Assembly: GCA_039591615.1 (NCBI GenBank)
Contig: JBDHDH010000003.1
Coordinates: 46,670-110,669, forward strand
From: Gemmatimonadota bacterium
GTDB taxonomy: Bacteria > Gemmatimonadota > Gemmatimonadetes > Gemmatimonadales > GWC2-71-9
DNA: 64,000 nucleotides
Reading direction: 5' to 3'
This document shows positions 9,603-17,944 of the stretch, piece by piece. The notes beneath the pieces are model-generated. The model was not told the origin of the DNA and did not search any database. It saw nothing but the letters and a program-made list of their open reading frames with translations. The translations under genes were made by a program, and so were the position numbers. Each line of letters starts with the position of its first letter. The stretch's first letter is position 1.

Positions 9603-10099
9603 CACGAGCCGAAGGGGAAGGGAAACCGCGGCAGTAGGTCCTGATAGTAGACGACCATCGTACCGATCACGGTGACGACCGCCACCAAGAGAATGCCAAA
9701 GAACTGCGTACCGAGACACCAAACCATCGCTGCCCTGTCTTCTTGCAGGTAGCTGGGCTTGCGGCCACTCCAGTACAGGAACAGTCCGTAGACCACCAGC
9801 AGCAGCGTGGCAAACACGACCTTGAGCAGCAGCCAGCCACCGACCGGGCCATCGAAGTGGGCGATCGTGCCGAAGAACCCGTCGCGCAGCCCAGCCACCA
9901 TGGATAGCGCCACAGTGACAACGCCAGCCCAGGTATTGGCTCGGGCAAACCGGTAGATCCTGTCTTCGAAGACGCTAGTTGCGAGCCCGCGCACCAGCCA
10001 CGTGTACATGGCGATGAATGCCATCACGAGGAAGGCGATATGCAGGTGTACGAAGAGGGGATGAAGAATCCTCATGTCACAGACGGGAACCTCCATCAC
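9602..10099 (-). CDS. Small polytopic membrane protein (DUF2231-like), coupled to ndh
   Basis: Four predicted TM helices and a His-rich start (ILHPLFVHLHIAF). The stop overlaps the ndh ATG (ATGA). The true start may be ATG 10075. Confidence 0.55.
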   Translation of the reverse strand: MMEVPVCDMRILHPLFVHLHIAFLVMAFIAMYTWLVRGLATSVFEDRIYRFARANTWAGVVTVALSMVAGLRDGFFGTIAHFDGPVGGWLLLKVVFATLLLVVYGLFLYWSGRKPSYLQEDRAAMVWCLGTQFFGILLVAVVTVIGTMVVYYQDLLPRFPFPFGS

Positions 10100-10144
10100 A
10101 CCGGCGAAGTTCCCACAGCGAGATGCTCACAGGCAGGATGCGCC

Positions 10145-10576
10145 GTGTGTAACCACCGTGATGCTCCCCGGCACGGCCAGTTGGGGCTGGCCATTCTCGT
10201 GATCCTCGTCACCACGGCGTGTGGCGCCAATGACGAAGCGCCCGGAGTGGTCGTCGCAGGTGCGCACACGTTGGTGGTCCGCATGACCGACGAGATGCGC
10301 TTCGTGCCCGAACACCCCATCATCGGTGTCGGAGATACCGTGATATGGACCAACAGCGGGCGCCTACCCCACACGTCGACGGATGAACCGGGTCGGGCGG
10401 CGGTGGCGGATCATACCGTCCTGCCTCCTGGGGCCGAGCCCTGGGATTCCGGAGTGGTCGATCCCGGTGGACGGTTCCGGCACGTCTTTCGCGTGTCCGG
10501 GGACTACACCTACCTCTGTCTGCTCCACGAAGCGGCTGGCATGGTGGGACGGATCACGGTGAAAAGAGAAGAGTGA
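10145..10576 (+). CDS. Cupredoxin (plastocyanin/pseudoazurin-like) lipoprotein
   Basis: Type-1 copper ligand pattern: H (LPHTS) then YLCLLHEAAGM (C-x2-H-x4-M). ORF 10040-10576 overlaps the divergent gene, so I trim it to GTG 10145. That start gives a signal peptide with lipobox TTAC. The start is uncertain. Confidence 0.7.
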   Translation: MCNHRDAPRHGQLGLAILVILVTTACGANDEAPGVVVAGAHTLVVRMTDEMRFVPEHPIIGVGDTVIWTNSGRLPHTSTDEPGRAAVADHTVLPPGAEPWDSGVVDPGGRFRHVFRVSGDYTYLCLLHEAAGMVGRITVKREE

Positions 10577-10613
10577 GCCGGGCGCCCACCAATGACGTCT
10601 GAAGCGCCAGACT

Positions 10614-10643
10614 TTGACGGCGCGTTGAGCCCTGCAGTAATCT
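10614..10643 (+). promoter_or_regulatory. Sigma70-like promoter candidate for the M42 peptidase gene (very short leader)
   Basis: TTGACG (10614-10619), an 18-nt spacer, then TAATCT (10638-10643). ATG 10654 would lie only a few nt from the predicted start site. Confidence 0.3.
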
Positions 10644-10653
10644 TCTCCGCACC

Positions 10654-11721
10654 ATGCGACAGATTTCGCTCGATTTTCTGACACGGCTCCTGGACGCACC
10701 CGGCCCCTCGGGCTTCGAGACGCTCCCGGCACGCGTGTGGCGGGAGGAGGTCTCGAGCTTTGCCTCGGTCGTCTCCACAGACGTCTCCGGGAACTCCATC
10801 GCCGGCGTGCAGCCTGAGGGCACCCCTCGAGTCATGTTCGCAGGCCACATCGATGAGATCGGCCTGATGATCGTGCACATCGACGATGACGGATACCTCT
10901 ATTTCTCCACCATCGGCGGCTGGGATGCGCAGGTATTGGTGGGGCAGCGGGTGCTCATCGCAACCAAGGACCAACCGGTCCCTGGGGTCATCGGTCGGAG
11001 GCCAGTCCACTTGATGGCGTCCGAGGACCGAGACAAGGTCGTGAAGCCAGCAGAACTGTGGATCGACATCGGGGCGACCGATAAGAAGACGGCGTCGAAG
11101 CGCGTACGGGTGGGAGATCCCGCGGTACTGGCGTCGTCGACGCTGGAGCTTCCGGGCAAACGGCTCATCTCCCGCAGCATCGACAACCGCATCGGCGCCT
11201 TCGTCGTCGCTGAGGCCTTGCGCCTGCTGGCCCGAAGAAAACCCAAGGCCGCGGTGTTCGCGGTGGCCACGACGCAGGAGGAGATTGGTTGGAGTGGTGG
11301 CGGCGCCCGAACCAGCGCGACGGGAATCGATCCTCAGGTCGCCATCGTCGTCGATGTTACCCATGCCACCGATCATCCCGGCGCCGAAAAGAAGCAGCAC
11401 GGTGATACAAAGCTGGGTGGAGGGCCGGTCCTGTCCCGAGGCTCGGCGGTGAACCCGGTAGTGTTCGAATTGCTCGTGGAGACGGCCGAAGCGGAGAGCA
11501 TTCCCTTTGCGCTACAGGCGGCGCCTCGGGACACAGGAACCGACGCGGACGCGATTCACACGGCGCGACAGGGGATTGCGACGGGATTGGTCTCGGTCCC
11601 CAACCGATACATGCACAGCCCAAACGAGATGGTCGATTTGAAGGACCTAGAACGCGCGGCGAAGCTACTGGCGGCCTTCGCTCGCCGAGTCACCGCAAGA
11701 ACTGACTTTACGCCTCGCTAG
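10654..11721 (+). CDS. M42 family aminopeptidase (FrvX/PepA-like)
   Basis: 355 aa with MFAGHIDEIGLMI, YLYFSTIGGWD and SRSIDNRIG, characteristic of M42 glutamyl aminopeptidases. Confidence 0.85.
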   Translation: MRQISLDFLTRLLDAPGPSGFETLPARVWREEVSSFASVVSTDVSGNSIAGVQPEGTPRVMFAGHIDEIGLMIVHIDDDGYLYFSTIGGWDAQVLVGQRVLIATKDQPVPGVIGRRPVHLMASEDRDKVVKPAELWIDIGATDKKTASKRVRVGDPAVLASSTLELPGKRLISRSIDNRIGAFVVAEALRLLARRKPKAAVFAVATTQEEIGWSGGGARTSATGIDPQVAIVVDVTHATDHPGAEKKQHGDTKLGGGPVLSRGSAVNPVVFELLVETAEAESIPFALQAAPRDTGTDADAIHTARQGIATGLVSVPNRYMHSPNEMVDLKDLERAAKLLAAFARRVTARTDFTPR

Positions 11722-13375
11722 TCGGAGCCGCCTCCGCGCGAGCCAGGGCGTCGTGGACGGCGTCTCGCACCTGCCGGTCGCGATCGTTGGCGAGGTCGAG
11801 CAGAATGGCTCGTGCCGCCCCCGCACCCGACAGCCCCAGCGCCTCGATGGCCGCCAGCCTGAGGGCGACGGGCTTCCGCTTGAAGAGCGATCCCCCGGTT
11901 TCCGCCACCTTCGTCAGAACCTGAATGGCCTCGGGCGTCCCGATCCGCCCCATCGCCCGGTAGTACTCACACAGGATCCCGGTATCCTCTTCGTTTTCCA
12001 CGGCCGCGACGAGGGGCATCACCAGCGCCGTCATGCCACGTCCACTGATGCCCTGCGCCACCGCAATTCTGACCTCGGCATCGGGATCTCGAATCAGCGC
12101 ACGGAGATGGGGAGCCGCCGCAGCGGTGCCGATGCCCGCCAGGGCCACGCCCGCTGACCGTCGCACCCTCGGGTCGGTGTGTCCCGCGGCCTTCCCGAGG
12201 GCCGGAACCGCCTCCTCGACGCGCAGCTCCCCCACCAAATCGCACATGTTGCGGATCACGTACCACTGATGATGGGAGAACATGCTGATGATGACTTCGA
12301 CGCCTGATTGCATTTGTTTGAGGGCTTGGAGGTACGCCCGGCGCTCTGCGTACGTCGGCGCAGCCACCAACTTGTCCAGCAAGACCTGGGTACCACGCTT
12401 GCCAACGAACTGCATGAAATGCACGACATCTTTGGCGTAGAGCTCGTCTACGATGAGACTCGCGAACCGCTGCACCGCTTCCTGCGTCGAGATGCGTTGA
12501 AGGGCAATGGTATACGCTCGGTGGGTGTCCTCGTCCGGGGCCTTGTCGCGCTCCCGTACGAGCACCGTTGCCTCCTCGAGGGCCTCCTGAACCTGACCCC
12601 TTTCCACCATGCGCACGACCCGTTTGGCGGTCTCGTTCAGTCGCCTCATGATGTCCAGGTCTTCGGAGACACCTTCGGGCTGCGGGATGTCGATGTCATC
12701 CTCGCTCTCCGGTGCCTCCGCCGGCAACATGTCCGGCATGGGAGCACCGTCTGCGGAGAGCACGACCCCCCGCTGCCACGATTCGGGCTCCTCCGCCGCT
12801 GCCTCGGGCACCTCGGCGGCCGGCTCCGCCGGTTCCGTGCCAGACACCGCCGCGTCTTTCGCCGGCGCCGGCTGCTCCTCGGGCTGTGCCATTTCGGCAA
12901 GCTCATCCAAGACCCCCGCAGCCTTCAATGCGTCCGTCACACGAACCGCGGGCACCGAGCCACGACCCCGACGTGCCTGCTCGGCCGTCACGAGACCGAT
13001 CGTAAGCGCATTGGCATCCCGGAGCGTTCCTTCCACACCACCCGCAGCCTTCAAGTCGTCCGGACTGCGGGCCAACGCGAAGAGAAGCGTGAGGAGGTCC
13101 AGTGCTGATGCCTTATGTGCGAAGAACACGGCCGCGATCCCGTGCGTGCGCAGTTGTTGCGAAAACGCGGTGGCGAAGGGCGTTTCGGGAGGGATCGCCA
13201 CCCCCTCGATGGTGAGCGTACTGCCGTAGCGGAGTCTCACTGTCGCGCTGCGTTGCGACGTCAGCTCAACGAGGGACCGCAGGGCGGCTTTGTGGTCGTC
13301 GACGGCGTCTGGCGAGCGCCGGAGCATATCGACGCTGCGGCCAAGCAACACCGCGAACTTGTGTTCGAAGCGCAT
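11708..13375 (-). CDS. HEAT-repeat protein, paralog 2, with an acidic linker
   Basis: ORF 11708-13414 trimmed to ATG 13375 (MRFEHKFAVLLGRS...), which aligns with the paralog 1 start. It has an N-terminal shared module, a Glu/Pro/Ala-rich linker, and C-terminal HEAT/PBS-lyase-like repeats (HTDPRVRRSAGVALAGIG, DPDAEVRIAVAQG, DRDRQVRDAV). Confidence 0.7.
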   Translation of the reverse strand: MRFEHKFAVLLGRSVDMLRRSPDAVDDHKAALRSLVELTSQRSATVRLRYGSTLTIEGVAIPPETPFATAFSQQLRTHGIAAVFFAHKASALDLLTLLFALARSPDDLKAAGGVEGTLRDANALTIGLVTAEQARRGRGSVPAVRVTDALKAAGVLDELAEMAQPEEQPAPAKDAAVSGTEPAEPAAEVPEAAAEEPESWQRGVVLSADGAPMPDMLPAEAPESEDDIDIPQPEGVSEDLDIMRRLNETAKRVVRMVERGQVQEALEEATVLVRERDKAPDEDTHRAYTIALQRISTQEAVQRFASLIVDELYAKDVVHFMQFVGKRGTQVLLDKLVAAPTYAERRAYLQALKQMQSGVEVIISMFSHHQWYVIRNMCDLVGELRVEEAVPALGKAAGHTDPRVRRSAGVALAGIGTAAAAPHLRALIRDPDAEVRIAVAQGISGRGMTALVMPLVAAVENEEDTGILCEYYRAMGRIGTPEAIQVLTKVAETGGSLFKRKPVALRLAAIEALGLSGAGAARAILLDLANDRDRQVRDAVHDALARAEAAPTSEA

Positions 13376-13423
13376 GGGTTGAGGTAACTTACGATCACCC
13401 GGCCGAGGCGGCAAACCACTTCG

Positions 13424-14887
13424 TCACATTTCGGCGTCCCCCTCGTCGGCCTCGCCGCGCATATCGGCAAGGGCCATGCGGGCAGCCTCCTGCACCTCCC
13501 GATCGCGATCCCGGACCAGGGCCTCGAGAAAACCGATCGCCTTGGGGCCTCCCATTTCCCGCAGCGCGTCGATGGCGGCCAGCCGGAGCGGCTTGGGCTT
13601 CCGCCCCAGGAACCAGCGGCCGGATTGGGCGATGTTGGTCAGCGTACGGAGGGCGTCCGTCGTGCCTATACGACCCAAGGCTCGTATGTACTCGCCTGCG
13701 ACGAGCTGATCCTTCTCCTGCTCCAGCGCCGCCGTGAGGGGACGAACGAGGCCGCCGGCCTGCGGACCCTTTACGGCATTCAGAACCAGCGACCGCAGCC
13801 GTGCGTCTCCCTGGACAACGATGCGAGCGAGATGCTCCAGCGCCGCCGGGGTCGCCACCTTCGCCACGGCCACTGCGGCCGCCTGGCGCACCCGTCCGTC
13901 CTTGTGCTCTAGCCCCAGGGCGAGCTCCGGCACCACCTCACCGATGCCGAGCTCCCCAACGAGCCAAGCGGCGTTTCGGACCACATACCAGTCGGGGTGG
14001 CGCAACATGGAGACCATGAGGGAATAGCCCTCCTTCACACCTCGTAACGACGCGAACGCCTTCCGTCGCTCGTCCATCGTGGGCAGCGAGTTAATCTGAT
14101 CGACGAGCACCTTGGTGCCATCCGGACCAGCGCGGCGTAGCACTCGTGAGGCAGCGTTTCCATACCGCGAGTCGTTCAACATCCGCGTGACGCGTTGCAG
14201 GATCCCACGGGTGAGCGATCGTCTCAGCTCGATGCCGTAGCAGCGACGCACGTGGTCGCTGCGAGCTCGGTCCTCCAAGGCGATCACAGCGGACAAGGCT
14301 TGAACTGCCTCTTCGAGCCGGTCTCCGTCAAATGCGTCCCGGATCTCGGCACCGACGTCATTCAATCGCTCCAGCACGTCATCCCCATGCGGTCCCCCCG
14401 CAAGCCGCCGCATAGCGACGCCCAGCCCGGTCATTGCCGGAGCGGCTGGAGACGTGGATCCCGTGCGCCCGTTCGCGGTCGCTTCGGGCTCATCGAGTCC
14501 GCCTAGCGAAACGAATACACCAGTACCACGCCATTCGTCAGCGACGTATTCGGCCAGCTCGGCAACGTGATTCTCGTCTGGCTCCGCAGCGAGCCGTTTC
14601 AAGAAGTTGAGTACCTCCGCCGGCGGAGCACCCTGCGAGAACGAAACCGTAGTCACGCGGTGTACTTCGAGGAGTGCAGTGAGGTCGGGTATCAGAGGCA
14701 GCGCGGGTGAAACCGCACTGCCTTCCACCACCAACTCACCGTCCCGCACGGCCACCGTGACGGATCCGAGCTTGGTGAGGGCAACGAGCGCCCGCAGCAC
14801 GACTTTTCGTTGGGACACGTCAGGCGACGTACGGAACAGCTGGGCGGCGCGCGCCAGAGTCACCGCGAAATGATCAGGATTGATCAT
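13424..14887 (-). CDS. HEAT-repeat protein, paralog 1
   Basis: 487 aa. ATG 14887 lies 14 nt inside the 3' end of the upstream ABC ATPase gene. HEAT-like repeats include HKDGRVRQAAAVAVAKV and DRDREVQEAARMAL. The N-terminal module is shared with paralog 2. Confidence 0.7.
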   Translation of the reverse strand: MINPDHFAVTLARAAQLFRTSPDVSQRKVVLRALVALTKLGSVTVAVRDGELVVEGSAVSPALPLIPDLTALLEVHRVTTVSFSQGAPPAEVLNFLKRLAAEPDENHVAELAEYVADEWRGTGVFVSLGGLDEPEATANGRTGSTSPAAPAMTGLGVAMRRLAGGPHGDDVLERLNDVGAEIRDAFDGDRLEEAVQALSAVIALEDRARSDHVRRCYGIELRRSLTRGILQRVTRMLNDSRYGNAASRVLRRAGPDGTKVLVDQINSLPTMDERRKAFASLRGVKEGYSLMVSMLRHPDWYVVRNAAWLVGELGIGEVVPELALGLEHKDGRVRQAAAVAVAKVATPAALEHLARIVVQGDARLRSLVLNAVKGPQAGGLVRPLTAALEQEKDQLVAGEYIRALGRIGTTDALRTLTNIAQSGRWFLGRKPKPLRLAAIDALREMGGPKAIGFLEALVRDRDREVQEAARMALADMRGEADEGDAEM

Positions 14888-15725
14888 CGGAGAAGCGCGA
14901 AGTTACAGACCCCTCGAGGTCCCGGCAACGCTCGGCGAGCACGGTGGCGACGGCGTCGAACCGCACAGGCACTCCCGGGAAGCGGAGCGCTCGGCTGAGG
15001 CACGCCGCCGGGGGCATCTCGAGGCCGAGCGCCGCAAGGCGTGCCGCATCCAATATCAAGTCGCGACACGCCCCGTCGTAGACCACTCCGCCCTCTTCCA
15101 GAACGAGCGTGCGTTCGACGCTGTTTGCGACAAACTCGAGATCGTGCGAGACCGCGAGGACGGCGACACCACGCGCCGCCGCATCCTGGGCGACCCGGCA
15201 GACGACACCCCGTCCATCACGATCGAGCCCGAGTGTCGGTTCATCCAGAACGAGAACCTGCGATGCCTGCGCGAGGGCCGCCGCCAGAGCGACGAGTTTA
15301 CGCTGCGGCGGCGGTAGATCGTAAGGATGTGCCGACGCCAGCGCCCCCAGACGGACCTCCTCCAGGGCGCTAGCGGCGAGCGCCCTGGCATCCGACTCAT
15401 CAAGACCCCGCTGACGGGGTGCAAAAGCCACTTCATCCAACACGGTGCGCGCGAAAAGTTGCTGATCGGCGTGCTGAAACACATAGGCTACCCAGTTGGC
15501 CACTTCCTCGGGTGCCTTCCCCGCCGTGGCCTGCTCTCCAATCCATACCGTACCGCGAGTGGGATGGAGGATGGCGGCCAGGAGCTTCGTCAGCGTCGTT
15601 TTGCCGACACCGTTTCGCCCCAGGAGACCCACCGTCTCTCCCAGCCGGATGGTCAACGTCACCCCCCGCAGCACGGCGTGATCATGATAGGAGAACCAGA
15701 CGTCTTCCAGCCGGATCGCGGTCAC
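14874..15725 (-). CDS. ECF transporter ATPase subunit (EcfA'-like)
   Basis: Walker A GRNGVGKTT, Walker B VLVLDEPT and H-loop VSHD are canonical. The signature position reads LPPPQ instead of LSGGQ. ATGA overlap with the upstream ATPase gene. Confidence 0.85.
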   Translation of the reverse strand: MTAIRLEDVWFSYHDHAVLRGVTLTIRLGETVGLLGRNGVGKTTLTKLLAAILHPTRGTVWIGEQATAGKAPEEVANWVAYVFQHADQQLFARTVLDEVAFAPRQRGLDESDARALAASALEEVRLGALASAHPYDLPPPQRKLVALAAALAQASQVLVLDEPTLGLDRDGRGVVCRVAQDAAARGVAVLAVSHDLEFVANSVERTLVLEEGGVVYDGACRDLILDAARLAALGLEMPPAACLSRALRFPGVPVRFDAVATVLAERCRDLEGSVTSRFSDDQS

Positions 15726-16540
15726 AGCGAGTAGCGGGCGACGGCGGCCTCAACGGTAAGGGGGAAGGGCCCGGGACAGCCAGCGCGGTGACCGAGCGTG
15801 GCGATTGTCGTGCTCAGGCCCGACCGCACGACGTGAGCCGTGGCCAACACATCGTCCGGTGCCCCATCCGCCACCAGATGGCCGCGTTCCATGACCACGA
15901 TCCGATCGGTAACAGTGATGGCGCGATCGATGTCCGTACTGGCGAGAATCACGGTGCCCTGGTCCGCAAGTCGGGGTAACAGATCGTAAACGGCCCTCGC
16001 CCCCTCGGGGTCGAGCTCCTGGACCGGCTCGTCCAACAGACAGACGCTGGGTTCCATGGCAACCACCGCAGCCAGCATCACGCGCTGGAGCTCGCCGCCG
16101 GACAGCGACCGCGGATCCCGACCCGCCAGATGGTTGACGTCGAGGAGCGCGAGCGCTTGGACGACTGCCTGAGCAATGCGCCCACGTTCCCACCCCAGGT
16201 TGGCCGGACCGAAAGCCACCTCGTCCCACACGGTGAATGCCATTCCCGACAGCTGCGTCCATGGCGTCGGGAACAGCAACCCAATCCGCCCTGCCAATGC
16301 CGCGGTTCCCACCGGGCTCGCCGGGTCGCGCCCCAACGTGAGGACCTCCCCCTCCCGGTCGCCGCCCGTCGATCGAGGGGCCAGCCCTGCGATGGCTAGG
16401 AGCAGCGTGCTGCACCCCGCCCCGAGCTGTCCGGTCACGAGTGTCACCTCGCGGGGTCTGAACTCCGCACAGACGTCACTCAAGGCCGGTTCCAACCCGC
16501 CGGAGTAGCGGAAGGTCAGCCTGTCGAGAAGAACGCTCAT
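15722..16540 (-). CDS. ECF transporter ATPase subunit (EcfA-like) with a degenerate Walker A
   Basis: Signature LSGGELQR and Walker B LLDEP are canonical. Walker A reads GQLGAGCST (Lys replaced by Cys) and the H-loop position reads ASTD. ATGA overlaps on both sides. Confidence 0.8.
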   Translation of the reverse strand: MSVLLDRLTFRYSGGLEPALSDVCAEFRPREVTLVTGQLGAGCSTLLLAIAGLAPRSTGGDREGEVLTLGRDPASPVGTAALAGRIGLLFPTPWTQLSGMAFTVWDEVAFGPANLGWERGRIAQAVVQALALLDVNHLAGRDPRSLSGGELQRVMLAAVVAMEPSVCLLDEPVQELDPEGARAVYDLLPRLADQGTVILASTDIDRAITVTDRIVVMERGHLVADGAPDDVLATAHVVRSGLSTTIATLGHRAGCPGPFPLTVEAAVARYSL

Positions 16541-17247
16541 TTCAGCACCTGTAGTAGCACCGCAACCAGCGTGCCCACGGCCATGACCCAGCGGGCGCTG
16601 CGATCAGCCATGGTGTCAACCGGGGGGTCCAGCGGGGTGCGGCGCACGGCCCGCCCCCCGCCCCGGGACTCGAGCGCCATCGCTCGATCGTCGACTTCAG
16701 CCAATGCACCCAACACCAGCGGGACCGTCAGGGGTACGATGGCGCCTATCCGGCGGAATAGGGAGCCCCGAACGCGAAGACCCCGACATCGCTGTGCTTC
16801 GAGGATCTGGCGTCCTCGATCGCGCAAGCGCGGAACCGCCTGAAGTGTCGCGGAGAGTAGGTACGCGAAGGCGAACGGCACGCGGCGGGCGACCAGGGCG
16901 TCCACCAGCCGAGCCGGATGGATCGTGACCAGGAGCATCAGGAAACCGAGCACCATGGTCCCGATGCGGCCACCGAAGGTGAGGGCACGAAGGGGTTCAC
17001 CACCGAGCAGCCCGTGGATCAGCAGCAGGAAGCCCCAGAAGGGCGCAACGACCACCGCCGCTGGCAGGAGTATACGTGCCAAGCCCGCGGCGATGGCAAG
17101 CGTGACCAGCGCGGCTCCCAGTACGAGAGGCCCACCAGGCGCTGGCAGCACGAAGGCCAGGACCGCCACGCTCCCGACCAGGGTGAGATTGGTGAACGGA
17201 TGCGCACGATGGAGAATCCCGTGGCCGGCCTGGTATTCGACGATCAT
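16537..17247 (-). CDS. ECF transporter transmembrane (T) component, CbiQ/EcfT-like
   Basis: 236-aa polytopic protein with Arg-containing coupling-helix segments (AVPRLRDRGRQILEAQRCRGL). It sits between the S component and the ATPases, with 4-nt overlaps. Confidence 0.75.
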   Translation of the reverse strand: MIVEYQAGHGILHRAHPFTNLTLVGSVAVLAFVLPAPGGPLVLGAALVTLAIAAGLARILLPAAVVVAPFWGFLLLIHGLLGGEPLRALTFGGRIGTMVLGFLMLLVTIHPARLVDALVARRVPFAFAYLLSATLQAVPRLRDRGRQILEAQRCRGLRVRGSLFRRIGAIVPLTVPLVLGALAEVDDRAMALESRGGGRAVRRTPLDPPVDTMADRSARWVMAVGTLVAVLLQVLK

Positions 17248-17819
17248 GCCTCACCGATTGTGCGACGCGCGCCTGGGAATCGGGCCGCCATTCGCGCGGG
17301 GGCCGACACGAGGATGGTTCGCACCAGCAGGAGTGTGACCGTCTTGTCGAGGAGATCGGCGACCAGGCCGCCGAGGTAGACCGCCCAGCCTAACGTCAGC
17401 CCCATGCCACGCAACAGGGCGACGAAGACCGTGGCACCTCCTCCCGTCACTCCTCCAAAAACAAAGAACGATATGGGCCAGGACATCGACGCGGCGAGCA
17501 GTCCCAGCCCGAGTCCGGCAATCAGCGTCAGCCAAGGGCGTCGAAAGACGCCCACATGCGCGGCTAGACCTGCATAGGCCGCCACCGCGAGCTGGACGGG
17601 GAGGAACCACAGCCACGTGAAGTTGCCACTGACGACGGTGAAGACGAGCTGTGAGAAAAAGCCGGTGGCCAAGGCGGCCCAGGTTCCCACCAGGCAGGCG
17701 ACCAGTACCGTCCCAACCGTGTCGAGAAAGAGCGGAAGATGCGTCACCGCGGCAATCTGGCCCAGCGCCAGATTGATCCCGACCGCGAGCGGAATCAGCG
17801 CGAGGAGATGCGGGGACAT
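17244..17819 (-). CDS. ECF transporter substrate-specific (S) component, substrate unknown
   Basis: 191 aa with about 6 TM helices and the LDTVGTVLVACLVG motif typical of ECF S components. It is the first gene of the operon. Confidence 0.65.
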   Translation of the reverse strand: MSPHLLALIPLAVGINLALGQIAAVTHLPLFLDTVGTVLVACLVGTWAALATGFFSQLVFTVVSGNFTWLWFLPVQLAVAAYAGLAAHVGVFRRPWLTLIAGLGLGLLAASMSWPISFFVFGGVTGGGATVFVALLRGMGLTLGWAVYLGGLVADLLDKTVTLLLVRTILVSAPARMAARFPGARRTIGEA

Positions 17820-17944
17820 AGTGGCGTGTTCATGGTTAGATTTGTCATCACCTGTCGAGGCTCGATCCCAGCAGTCGACCTAAGATAGATCAAGGGAACC
17901 GCAACGAAATAGAACGGCAAGACAGCGAGACAAGATTGACAACC

